A stretch of 64,000 nt of DNA from Eledone cirrhosa (Eukaryota): NCBI GenBank assembly GCA_964016885.1, contig OZ024742.1, positions 151,714,001-151,778,000 on the forward strand, given 5' to 3'. This document shows, piece after piece, positions 1 through 12,589 of the stretch; the stretch's first letter is position 1; each line of letters begins with the position of its first letter. Position numbers and translations under genes: made by a program. Under the pieces are notes generated by a model. That model saw nothing but the letters and a program-made list of their open reading frames with translations, was not told the origin of the DNA and made no database searches.

Positions 1-250
1 AACGGCTTATTTTAAAAATAAAAATATCCAATACTAATAATAATATAAGTAAAGAACTCCACTATCCGGGAGCTTCCAACAGTAATGGTTGCATTTTTTA
101 AGGGTATGTCAATATTTATTCATAAAAGTGATCTATATTATAGTTTGTCTGATGAAAGCACACCATAATTTAACTTGGTGTCCTTGAAATATGTATAATG
201 AAATAAATATGGTTTTATAAATATAGTTTCAATTTGTTAATATCGTATAT
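1..250 (+). mobile_element. Penelope-like element 3' tail/pseudo-LTR fragment carrying a hammerhead ribozyme (family HH-a)
   Basis: Near-identical reverse-complement copy at ~38993-39230 and related copies at ~835-930, ~37541-37640 and ~60138-60300, all ending at TA-rich tracts. Confidence 0.7.
141..205 (+). ncRNA. Type I hammerhead ribozyme motif (HH-a)
   Basis: CTGATGA at 149-155; stem II AAGcACACCA/TGGTGTcCTT; GAAA at 186-189; minimal stem III TATGTA; UA cleavage site; stem I TAGTTTGT/ATGAAATA. Confidence 0.7.
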
Positions 251-513
251 ATTCTTCAATATGTTATTCATTTGTTCTATTACTGGCTTATGTCATTAGA
301 CTGCGACAATGTTGCTGCACCGCCATGATTTAGTCAATCAACTCGACACCAGAACTCACTTTAAAGTACCAGTAATGCACTGGGTAATTATCTGCCTTGT
401 GCCTAAAGTAGAAACAATTAATTTAAGCTTTGTCAATTCTCTGCGTTATGGGGAGATAAACAAAGACACAAACTTAAACACAGGCAAACGGATATATACA
501 CACAACATATAAG

Positions 514-520
514 CACGCAC

Positions 521-555
<35 letters not shown>

Positions 556-565
556 CACACACACA

Positions 566-636
<71 letters not shown>
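514..636. repeat. (CA)n microsatellite
   Basis: Direct reading; source of the CVCV ORFs. Confidence 0.98.
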
Positions 637-640
<4 letters not shown>

Positions 641-798
641 TCATTTTATTAAGGTTAAATAGTGAGTTATCTGACAACCATATGAGAAGCAGTCGAAACA
701 TCAAAGTAACAAAACTCACTTTTAGATATAATAAAATGACTATTTAAACTCTATTTCGGTATTGAGTATTCTTTTCTTTCGGCCGTCAACTACACACG

Positions 799-835
<37 letters not shown>

Positions 836-1230
836 TATATTAACAAATGGAAACTATATTTATAAAACCATATGTATTTCATTATACATATTTCAAGGGC
901 CACAAGGGCAAACTATGGTGCGCTTTATCGACTGGTTTAAAGACATTAAATATAACTATAATAATAAATATAACCGCTACATATATATATATATTTACTC
1001 ATATTTCTACCAAAACACAGCCACCGAATCTGCTATTAACAGCTCTCTGAACAGCTGATTGCAGCTGCATTACTGCAATTCGGCAGATTTATTGAGTGAC
1101 CTAGACGTTTGCTGAAAAACGCTGACCTAATACCAGCGATCTTCGTTATATATATATATATATTATATATATTTATATATATATATATATATAGGAAAAG
1201 AGTCAGGTGAACTAACTGTTGTGGAACTAC

Positions 1231-1270
<40 letters not shown>

Positions 1271-1647
1271 GTTTATATATATATATAAAGTCATAAATAT
1301 ATATGTGTTTTGCAACGGGTCACTTTGTGGCTCAATGAAGAATTAATAAATTAAATAATCAGAGCTATATATCATAAAACATGTCTATAGAATAGCCAGA
1401 TAAAATATATACCGTTTCCTCTCCCAATTAGTATAATTAACCATATAAAAAATCAATTAGACCAAGCTATAAGAATAAAGGCTCCTATGAAGAAAACTCC
1501 GACAAATAACCGAAAGCAGCCCGTTCGCGGCGGTTACGACGGATTATTTATCGAATATTTTTACAGCATGTATAAATCGACCAGATATACAGTCAACTAA
1601 ACAGAATTATGTGTAAAATATACTAGAAGAAAGTGTACATATTTAAT

Positions 1648-1727
1648 CACCTCTACCATGGTTTCATCCGCATTTTAAGATATCCGATAACATTGGAAAT
1701 CTAGAGCTTCGGATTCTTCAGGAAGTT
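1648..1727 (-). ncRNA. Type I hammerhead ribozyme motif (HH-b)
   Basis: Minus strand: ACTTC-CTGAAGA-ATCCG...CGGAT-GAAA-CCATG-GTA|GAGGT. Stems I and II pair; stem-loop III is palindromic (CCATGG). Confidence 0.8.
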
Positions 1728-1751
1728 AGCTCAAATTTAGACAATTAATTC

Positions 1752-2840
1752 TTTCGCTAATATAGAGGTTATCTCCCTTGCTGAGTACCATTTGCGTTTT
1801 TGGCTATAGGTCCCCTCTTTATTGTCGGACGAAAACCCGTTGAGAAAGCTGTTCCGCGTCCACCCCTTCTCTAGAAGTCTTATATATTTTTTTTCGTTCT
1901 TTTTCGGCTGCACGGGTGATTTTAGGCATAATCTCTATGTGCTGGTATTTAACGATGGTTATAGCTCTGATTTATCCAAATTATTGAGCCCTCTGCCACA
2001 CATGTCGGATATTGTTTATCGTAATTTCGTGGACTGATATTCCGATTCTCGATTATTCTACTATATATATATATATATATACGTATATATATATATATAA
2101 TCCGATGGTTATAGCTCTGATTTATCCAAATTATTGAGCCCTCTGCCACACATGTCGTATATTGTTTATCGTGATTTCGTGGGCTGATATTCCAATTCTC
2201 GATTATTCTACTATATTTAGCTCTAGACCTTAGCTATTGACCAGTTAATTTTATTGATTATTTTTTTGTCGATCTTATTGACTGATGAATAGCTCCTGTT
2301 TATTTTAACACGTCTGTTGAGCACTCTGATTCGATATGTGATATTTTGTATTCTTACATAATTTGCACATCACCGAATACTTTCGCTAATATAGAGGTTA
2401 TCTCCCTTGCTGAGTACCATGTGCCTTTTTGGCTATAGGTCCCCTCTTTATTGTCGGACGAAAACCCGTTGAGAAAGCTGTTCCGCGTCCACCCCTTCTC
2501 TAGAAGTCTTATATATTTTTTATGTGGGCTGATAGTGATTTTGGATTAAGGAATTGCAGAAACCCAAGAAGCTAGATTTAACACCCTTCTAGCGGGTCCG
2601 GGTGAGTTCTTTACATTCATTTAATTTATTAATTTATTGATATTTTATTTGAGTGACCCGAATCTTCCTGGTCGTTCTTTTTCGGCTGCACGGGTGATTT
2701 TAGGCATAATCTCTATGTGCTGGTATTTAACGATGGTTATAGCTCTGATTTATCCAAATTATTGAGCCCTCTGCCACACATGTCGGATATTGTTTATCGT
2801 GATTTCGTGGACTGATATTCCGATTCTCGATTATTCTACT
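1752..2840. repeat. Cluster of local direct duplications (1752-1890 = 2380-2522; 1893-2060 = 2672-2840; 1953-2060 = 2103-2215)
   Basis: Near-identical blocks read directly; next to HH-b and (TA)n, probably rearranged Penelope pseudo-LTR sequence. Confidence 0.8.
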
Positions 2841-2858
2841 ATATATATATATATATAC

Positions 2859-2969
<111 letters not shown>

Positions 2970-3131
2970 AGTTCTGATCTAGCAGTCGAAGCGGCCGGAG
3001 CTCACCCGTCGGGGGCCTGACTCTTTTCCTATTACCCATTCTAGTACCCTAAGTATCGATCGAGTAGTCTGGTGCGTTATGGTCCACCTGGCTTTTTACC
3101 ACACTTTCTTTGATGATATATATATATATAT

Positions 3132-3530
3132 TGCGGCGCTGGAGAGTACGGACCAATGACGTCAAAAGCTAGGAGGTTCTTGTCATAAGTAACATGACAG
3201 GGTGACGTCACGGAACTGAAGGCAGGAAGCGGGAACGGCGTCACTAGGTTTTCCCAGCCTCTTTGGTCAACGATGGTCGGGGAAGAGGGTTGTGGTTTTT
3301 TGCTCCGTCCGTAGGGGACACGTGGAGATATTTTGTGGTGATAGTGTAGAGTTGGCCTGGGCGCTTAATGACCACGGCTATACAGCATTCTGGAGAAGAT
3401 CAACCAGTGAAACATCCTGCGAAGTAGTTGAACTACGTTTCCCTCCTCCACACGCACTCACGAGTCGAATCTCCTCGATCCAGTGAAGAGTACTCTTTCC
3501 TCTTGCCTCGATCTAGCATAATCACTCCAA
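3132..3530 (+). mobile_element. Possible LTR fragment / GC-richer promoter-like insert
   Basis: Starts TGCGGCG right after (TA)n; contains CCAAT and two TGACGTCA sites; no partner LTR or internal ORF seen. Confidence 0.3.
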
Positions 3531-3539
3531 GATCCGTTA

Positions 3540-3925
3540 AATTTCTTCTCGTGTCGGCTCATAGCATATCTAGATATGTTGTTGCAGGACGACCTCTACT
3601 TCTATGACTTTGCACAGGTTTCCATAAAAGAACACGGCTGACGCACTCGTATTTTCCTCTGTAACATTGTCCTGCAAAACGTATTCTATTTTGAGGAACA
3701 ATATCTGACACGGAAGACTATCCAGAAAGGGTTCTCCATTTGTGACTTTCTGTCACCAAGATATGTTGAGAGCGTGTCTCAGGAGTCTCTTGTTAACCTC
3801 CATTTAGTATTTTTTCGAAGGTTTTGTTAAGCGTTCATGCTTCCGACTCGTATAGTAACGAACTTTCAACTGTGGCTTTGAAGAACATAGACTTTTGTCT
3901 CATCGAGAGAGATGACTGCCATATT
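3540..3925 (-). mobile_element. RTE-clade LINE 3' fragment (degenerate)
   Basis: Minus-strand translation gives FFKATVESSLLYESEA, RLLRHALNISW, RIRFAGQCYR and RSRGRPATTYLDML; an inverted partial copy lies at ~6300-6460. Confidence 0.75.
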
Positions 3926-4011
3926 TTTTTCTCTTTTCTCTTTATATTTCCATATTCCTTTTTTCTTTTGTTTCCTTTTCTTTATTATTGCCGTTATTAT
4001 AGTTGTCATTA

Positions 4012-4432
4012 TTGGCAGTATCAGAGAGTCGAACGCCATGCTTTGGAGCTTAGAGTTATGGTCCTTTATGATCTGAGTTCAAATCCCGCCGAGGTTAATT
4101 TTGCCTTTCATCCTTACGGTGTCGATAAAATAAAGCACCAGTAACGTACTGGGGTCGATTTATTCGACTTTCCTCTCCCCAAAATTACTGGCCTTGTGCC
4201 TATACTAGAAATCCTTATTATTATTATTACTTTAAATTAAGGGCGGTGGACTGGCAGTATCGGTAGAGGGTCGGACGCCATGCTTTCCAGCATAGTTACG
4301 TCCCTTTACGATCTGAGTTCAAATCCAGCCGAGGTTGACTTTGCCTTTCATCCTTACGGGGTCGATAAAATAAAGTACCAGTAATGCACTGGATAATTGC
4401 TGGCCTTGTGCCTAAAGTAGAAACAATTATTA
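4012..4432 (+). mobile_element. Two tandem tRNA-derived SINE copies
   Basis: A box TGGCAGTATCGG, B box GAGTTCAAATCC, central GCCTTTCATCCTTACGGGGTCGATAAAATAAAGTACCAG (resembles the Meta-SINE domain), (ATT)n tail; many copies in the window. Confidence 0.9.
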
Positions 4433-5056
4433 CTGTAAATAAAATCTTGTTATTTACTGAGCTTTACTAGCATGAAGGACTAAACCTTGCCTTATTTGTT
4501 ATCCTTGCTCATCCTTATAGAAGAAGAGATTTTCATCATTATATAGCTTATATACATTTTGCATATGGGACATTTGATGGAGTTGCTCATTTGCATATAG
4601 TGGGAACTCGAATTGCTAGAATTAATTAGCAGTAGCACTAACGTATCGTGATTGACAATAAGGGTGTCAAACATTCGTAACAAGACCTATATATGTTTAA
4701 AATACATAAACATATCGTATATGCTCTCATATAAACCTTTGTTAATGTATTGTTTGAACCAAACGTAAGTGAAATACCTTTAGCCAGGAACTGAAATCCT
4801 CTCGCAGTTTCAACAAGTCGGAATTTTATATAATCTTTATTGTTATACGTAGCTTACCGTATATAAAGTATATATAGTTATGTTGAATCATTTAAATTTC
4901 CATTTTACTTTTGTTTTTGAAATAGTTTTATCTTTTAACTATTCTTAAATGGATTCAGAGTCAATTTAAACATAAATCCACCTTTTAAAAGCAAAAAAAT
5001 TCAAAAGTAGTTTTGAAAAATAAATATACCCAAATGAATCGTAAAGAAAACAAATA

Positions 5057-5057
5057 A

Positions 5058-5150
<93 letters not shown>

Positions 5151-5199
5151 AGCGCGCGCGCGCACACACACGCACGTACGCACGCACACACACACACAC

Positions 5200-5258
<59 letters not shown>
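5057..5258. repeat. (CA)n/(CG)n/(TA)n compound microsatellite
   Basis: Direct reading. Confidence 0.97.
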
Positions 5259-5269
<11 letters not shown>

Positions 5270-5724
5270 TGAAATATTTTAATAGTGAAAAAAAAAAAAA
5301 GAAAAGATACAAACATGCAAGAAGTGAGAATTTTGAAACGTGAAAATGAAATGACTAAAAACAGAAAAAGCGGAAAAAAAGAGTAAAACGAAAACGAAAT
5401 TATAAAATTTAGTGTTTTGAAATTTATTGCCACATGGAATATAAAGGGGATTAGTTTCAAAACAGAACATAATTGAGCGAATACAATTGTAAGGTTGAAT
5501 AAACACCGTGAATTGGAAATCGTCATTAGAATGACGAGTTGGGAAAACGAATGCAAATCAACTAATACTGTAGAATGACGAAATTAGTCTTAATTGTGCA
5601 ACGATGTCATGGTGTAACGGGTAAGCTTAGCACGTGCTACGCTAACTTTCTCGTTCATGAGGTGGTTTTGTTGAAGCCAATTTATTTCATTATCACTGTT
5701 AGTCATCATCATCATCCACATTAT

Positions 5725-5890
5725 ACCACACCTGTCAATTCTCCCCGTCGGACGGGGAGATCTCCCACCCACTTAGGAGTGGGTGACAGATGTCTTCTCT
5801 TGTGAAAATGGGCTGCTTCATTTCTCCCCGTTTTAGGACACCTTTTTTCATGGTACTCCCCGTTCGGGTTTTTAGAGGTTGGCATGCATT
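5725..5890. mobile_element. Putative MITE (non-autonomous DNA transposon)
   Basis: Imperfect termini CACCTGTCAA...GTTGGCATG; repeated CTCCCCGT subterminal motif; palindrome TCTCCCCGTC-G-GACGGGGAGA. Confidence 0.35.
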
Positions 5891-5894
5891 TTAT

Positions 5895-6150
5895 TCAGCA
5901 ACGTTGCAGGGTCATGGCCACATAAATTGAAACATTCTCTCCAGCTATCCCTTTCTAAAGTATCCGCCTGTGTCATCTTTTGTTATCGTTTCATCGTTTT
6001 CTGGACCTTCATCTCTTCTGACATCTCGATTTTCCATGCTTTGATGACAGGGTTGTTTTCACTCATCCTGACAATGTGCCCAAACCACCTTAATTGTGTC
6101 ACTCGATTACTTTCGATTATATGGTTTATATTCTTTTCTAATATTTGACA
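5895..6150 (-). mobile_element. RTE-clade LINE C-terminal fragment
   Basis: Minus-strand translation RVTQLRWFGHIVRMSENNPVIKAW...ERDSWR. Confidence 0.65.
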
Positions 6151-6877
6151 ATGGTATGGACATCACAAATATGACTTATCTCTGCAAAAATACATCGTTT
6201 TTTCTTCCATAAGATATATAATACATAAAATATTAAGTAAAGTTTAGAATATGTAACTTTACTTAATATTTTATGTATTATATATCTTATATATCTTATT
6301 GAAGCGGGTCGGAAGCATGAACGCTTAATAAAATCTTCGAAAATAAGACTAAATGGATGTTAACAAGAGACTCCTGAGGCACGCTCTCAACATATCTTGG
6401 TGACAGAAAGTCACAAATGGAGAACCCTTTCTGGATAGTCTTCCCGTGTCAGATATTGTTTAAAGATTCTAATACTTAATTATAAGGATTTTAATAATAT
6501 CATGAAACGCCTGAACGTCACAATTTCTGACAGAATTTCTCATAGTTTTTTGTGTTGAAACCAATTGGGAAGTATGTAATGTATATATTCCCAGTTAAAG
6601 ACATGAAAAAAACTGCGTATTATCAAACACAATCACCCAGCATCGTGTTAGCGTATCAGACTCGGCCTTTTAGGAATATCAACCAAATACCCCTCAAATC
6701 ACCGTCAACTACGTTACAAAAAAATGTTTAGTGTTGTGCTAGATATACTATGTTTAAAAATCAAAACACTGGATAGTAATGTTTGGAACATATTTGAACA
6801 AGGTTCCATATAAACTATCGAGGCAAGCATAGTGCTAAACATACACTAAAACATTATCCTACTTAATGATTTTTAAT

Positions 6878-7060
6878 TTAGGCAGAAGGCCAGCATTTTG
6901 TTGGGAGAATGTCGATTATATTGACGTCAGTGCATTACTCGTACTTTATCTCATCGACCTTAGAAGGATGAAAGGCATAGTTGACTTCGGCGGGATTTGA
7001 ACTCAGAACGCGATGACCCGAACTAAATATCACAATACATATTGTAAGACACTTTAACGA
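6878..7060 (-). mobile_element. Older, diverged SINE copy
   Basis: GGATGAAAGGCATAGTTGACTTCGGCGGGATTTGAACTCAG is the reverse complement of the SINE core. Confidence 0.75.
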
Positions 7061-7479
7061 ATCTATGAACGAAGTTATTTTTGTTTGCAACTGTGAAGTT
7101 GGCGTTGTTTGAGTGTTTTGGTGTTGATTTTCTTTCTTTTTTTATGGTTGGTGTTGTATCTATGTGTTTTCTTTTTGTTGTTGCTGTGGTTGTGGGTTTA
7201 GCTGCTGTAGTGGCTGTGGATTAGATTTTCCATTTCTCAATGCTTGCTCGGCTTTTATTTTCAGTTCTTCAAGGCAAACAAATCCTCAAATATAATAACT
7301 GGGCTTTCTAGCTTTCGCGGTCAGTTTTATTGCATTGAGTTGGTAGTGATAATGGGACAGATATCCGGAATGTCTTTGTGCTGTTGATAGGTCATGCGGA
7401 CTTAAAGTCTATGGTAACCTATCGATCACTTGTCTTTAGTAACTATTTTCACACGTAGGCTGAAATATAGGTCTCTGTG

Positions 7480-8370
7480 GGTGGTGAAAGTTTATGAACC
7501 AAAGGAGGAGTCCAAATAGAGATCCTTACTTGATGTAGCCAATGCGGCGTCAGATGTAGTTAAGACTGAGTAATATAACCTAATGGGAGACTTCAAAGCA
7601 CATGTTGGCACTGACGACCTGATATGGAAAGGAGTGATTGGAAGGAATGGTGATCTCGATCAAAGTACGAATGGAAAGGCCTTATTAGACTTCTGTTCTA
7701 ACAATGGGCTCTTTATTATGAACAGCTTCTTCCAGCACAAAGACATCCATAAATATACATGGTATACGGAGAATCAAGGAAAGGGATCAATAATTAATTT
7801 TGTTATTGTCTCTGATTTCTGCGATTCTGTGTTGGATGTTCGTGTTAAGAGAGGGGCTGAACTGGCAACTGGTCACAATCTAGTTATTTATCTGCAGCTT
7901 GAGACTACCTAAAGCCAAAGAAGCTCATAAAACTCGCTGATCCAAGTCGATCTAGAGAATAAAGTGGGGAGCGTTGTTGATTAGGAAGTCAGGACTAGGT
8001 ATACGGTTACTATTGTATCCAAATTCAGAGAACTTCCTGGACAAACTGAGGACGCTGAGACGGAGTGGCGACCGTTCAGCTTGGCAGTTTCTGCTTCAGC
8101 TGTTGAATGCTGCGAGAGAAAGCGGCTTGGTGTGGACCGGATTGCAGGAGAATCCTTTGGTTGAATCAAGAGGTCAAAGATGCAATCCGAGATCAAAGAC
8201 AGAGGCCTACAAAGCTTGGTTTGGAAATAAGTCCTCTTTCTAGCACTTACGGGACTAGCTAGCGCGAAAAGTTGAAGCAGAAGCAATAAAGACATCCAAA
8301 GTTAAGACATGGGAAGACTTTGGTGTTAAACTGAAATTCAACTTCAGATGAGCAAATAGAGTGTTCTGGA
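7480..8370 (+). mobile_element. RTE-clade LINE AP-endonuclease fragment (degenerate)
   Basis: ORF 7583-7912 MGDFKAHVG...WKGVIGRNG...NGKALLDFC...NSFFQHKDIHKYTW; frameshifted continuation. Confidence 0.85.
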
Positions 8371-8488
8371 GTGCGCGCGCGCACACACACACACGCACAC
8401 GCATATATATATACACATATATGTATTTATATGTTTGTGTGTGTGTGTGTCAATATCTTCCCGCCTCACTTTCTCTCTCCCTCTCTCA

Positions 8489-8561
<73 letters not shown>

Positions 8562-9379
8562 GAGAAATAGAGATAGGCAGAGATTAACAAACAGAGAGGA
8601 AAATGAGAGAGAGAGAGAGAATGGAAGGGGTAAAGACTCAGGCACGGGAAGCTAAAAATTGAAAAGGACCAAAAGAATAAAAAACATTACGAAACAACGT
8701 AGTGTCATTTTAGTCGACGAAGAAACAAACCAGAGATGACAGTTGAAATAAAAGCTGACAAATCTGAGAGCGGACGTGTTTTGTTGCTGAATATCACAAC
8801 GTTCATCAATCATTTTTAATTCAATCACAAAAAATATCTTTATTTTTGTGTGTGAAATTACTGGAAAGATAGTGCATGTGTCGATATTGCTGGCACCTTT
8901 CATGTGTCAAATGTCACCTATTGCTATTAGATAATTTTGTTTTAATACCAGTACTTGTATTCATTTCCCATAACTTTCGCACTCGGTCGGTGTGATTGTT
9001 ATTGTTTTTTTTTTTGTCATTATTTAGTCCAGGCCAAGTCCGATCGACCAAGGCTATCATAAAACAAAAATAAAAAAAAACATTTCAGGTATGACGATAT
9101 AATAAAATTTTAGATATCATGTTTTGATGACCACATTTAACCAGCGAATTGGAAGAGTTATTAGAGTGTACAACAAACTAGCTTGGCGTGTTAGTTCTAG
9201 CTCACTGAACTCAGAGTTCAAATCCTGGCGAGGTCAACTTTGCTTTTCTTCTTTCGTGGTCGATAAATTAGATCACAAATCTAGTGCAGTGGATTGACAA
9301 AATTATTAGAGCATCGAGTGAGATGCCTTGCGGTATTTGTCCACCTGTGGCTACTTAGCCCAAACCTCGTTTCCCACCA

Positions 9380-9615
9380 GATCGATAAAAGCAAACTCTC
9401 AAAGTATCGGCTGCTCTCTGATAGGTTTGTGGTTGAACTTGTGGCATTGGAGACTTCCTGCATTCTTGGTCCCTGAACCACACCCATGCTCGTTGGTATC
9501 GAAATGCAGATGGCTTCCAGTAGGTGCAAGTCCCGCGAGGTAGAGTGACTGTTTCAGGGCGTCTCCGACAAACTCCCCCGAGGAAATGTCTTCTGCATCC
9601 TGTCGGCCAATACAA
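9380..9615 (+). mobile_element. CRE-clade non-LTR retrotransposon C-terminal (restriction-like endonuclease) fragment
   Basis: KSKLSKYRLL...VALETSCILGP*...REVE*LFQGVS...RGNVFCIL matches the K..KY / ETxGxxGP / LFQRLS..QRGNA pattern of CRE elements. Confidence 0.65.
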
Positions 9616-9819
9616 CGTGGTGGACTGACCCTTAAATTTCATTTATGGTGCTGGATTGCGGATTAGATTTACTTCCATAAGCATGATTATTATGAAAATA
9701 AATATATTTATAAGTAACTCTCTTTCCCTCCCTCGTCATGGCATTGGTTAGATGGGAAATAAATGTGTTCTCTAGACACATATTCCCTTACTGATAGATG
9801 AAGTGTTGATTTCTAAGTT

Positions 9820-10000
9820 AGACATAAGGCCAGTAAATGGGGGTGGGGGGTCTGATTAAATTTACTCCAGTATTTGAACGGTACTTTTATCGACGAAAGG
9901 CAAAGTTGACCTTGGCGGAGTTTGAACTCAGTATATAAAAAGCCAGATTGGATACTGCAATGTTATTTTATCCAACGTTCTAGCAATTCTGCTACCACCA
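9820..10000 (-). mobile_element. Older, diverged SINE copy (another at ~9150-9275 on +)
   Basis: AAAGGCAAAGTTGACCTTGGCGGAGTTTGAACTCAG core. Confidence 0.7.
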
Positions 10001-11594
10001 CCCTTTGTGACATGAAATGTCGCGAGGCATACAGAAGATTGTTTCCAATCCACTTTGCCATTTCATTTTACTTAATTTTCGGACGTGAGACACATGATAG
10101 TTAGATATGGACAGGCGTCATTCCTTTTTATGTCTAGAGAAATATCTGGACTGTTCCTCCTGATGACAAACTACAATGCTCCGCCTCAAAGCCAAATTCG
10201 ATTTAAAATGTATATTAAAAAACAACAATTTAAAATAAAACATAAAACAATATGTTGTATGATACAACATTGCGATAGAGTTATGAATGAAATTATTTCG
10301 TCTTCCAATCTTGCTTCCTTTTCCAAATTAGTTCTGATGTTGTTCACAATTATCAAAATCCTCTTTCCATAGCGGGAGGTCGACAGAATTCCTTTGATAA
10401 CCTTTGTTCACCTTTGAAAGAATAACACGATTATCTGTATGTTAGTGCATGAAATTTTCAGTTAACATTTAGCATTTATGTCGGCTGCTTTGCTGCACAC
10501 CGTTTAGGTTCGCTTCCGCCCAATGACATGGCGGATATTTTCATCAAAAGCAGGAAGAAAGTAAAAAAAAACAAATGAAATAATTTGTTCAAGCAGCACG
10601 GAGATATCTCTTTGAAGACGTAAAGAGAAAATAAATGATGGACATCAGCAATAGTAGCAGATTTCATACACTGATAATATTGTAACGATGAAGGATACTT
10701 GGTGGTGAAGTAATAGTAACACAAGCATTAGAGGCACGAATTATCACATTAGAAGCAGCAGAAACAGCAATATCAACGACAACAACAACAGCAACCGAAG
10801 CAATGGAAATAACAGCAGCCGCAGCAGCAGCAATAATAACAGTAGCAGCAAACAAAACACCAATAGCACAACAAACACATTAACAGAAGATCAGAAAATC
10901 AACGTGCTGTTTGGAAAATCTCTAAGTCTTAAGACTACCAAATATAAGGGGAAAAGAAGAAAAATGTAAGGAGGGGTTAGACAAACTTAGTTAATTTAAT
11001 CGGATATCTAGAATAATTTCGGTTTTAAGCTTTCCAACACGCAAACTACCAATGATTTCAATTCTTAGAACTTCTCTTACTAAATAATTTCTTGGAATGA
11101 ACCCAACTTTTCTTTAAGATTGAAGATCAAATGTGGTTTACGATAATGTTTGTCTATTTTTTCTTTTCCCCGTTACAGATTTTGATAATTACATTTAAAA
11201 TATAAACCTAGAAATAAGAAAAGACACACTTTAAAGTATATATCACGCGAATTGCTGTCATGGTTACGCTGAAAAGTAAACATTTTCTGACATGCAAACT
11301 TATTTCCACGATTCATTTTTATTTCTGATTGACTAAATACTAAGCTTAGAATTAGTTTTATCAGTTTATAAAGCGAAATATTATTTCAACGTTTGATAAG
11401 ATGAAATACTATTTCATCGTTTTACAAAATGAAATACTATTTTATCTTTGAAAAACAACAAAACTCTTCGTTATGCTAATGTTCGTTTTGATCAGCAAAA
11501 TTTGGAGATTTGAGAAAATATTCTCTACTTTTTATAATGAAAGGGATTACACAATAGGGTTATTTCTACTGAATGAACCAATTTATCGTTGGTG

Positions 11595-11625
<31 letters not shown>

Positions 11626-11713
11626 CCACATCATTCCCTATTTAAACGTTACTCTGAATATTCCACCAAATTTAAATCATATTTACTTGTTTCATTTATA
11701 TTTTCTCTTAAAT

Positions 11714-12002
<289 letters not shown>

Positions 12003-12589
12003 TATTCTTCTTTATTTATTCATTTATTTATTTCGACTTCGTTTACTGATTCTTTCTGTCCATCTTCGTCTGGTTCGTCTACGTCTATTTACATACATTT
12101 CTATTGAGCTTTACTTATCTATACAGTTTGTCTTCGCCACCAACCGAGAAAAACCTTTTCTTCGTAACATATGACATTCTTTTGAAAAGAATAGTTCATT
12201 CTTGAATGGCATTTGGTTGCGATAATCTGCTTCTGACATCTCCAGCTTGGCTACTACCATTTTATACAAGAGGATTTTCCGGCTTGTTATTACTTTTCAT
12301 ATGTAAGAAATTGATATACATATGGCGTTGAAAGTAAGAGTCCAGAGTTAAAAGTCTCATTCTAAACTCTGGACAAAATCGTAATTCGAAATAATAAATT
12401 CATGCAAGAAGAATTACGAACAGAAAGTCAAATATATTATGATTCTTTCAATTGCTTAATCAATCAGAGGAGTAAGGATTATGCACGTGACATTTTACAG
12501 AGTATCGAAGGCTGGTGGGACGAAGGAAGGGGAATGACCCAAATGCTTGCAACCTATGGACAATTCTACGTAGAGGATATATATATATA

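Noticed and set aside
4241-4330. tRNA gene
   Set aside because: A and B boxes belong to a multi-copy SINE head; no cloverleaf
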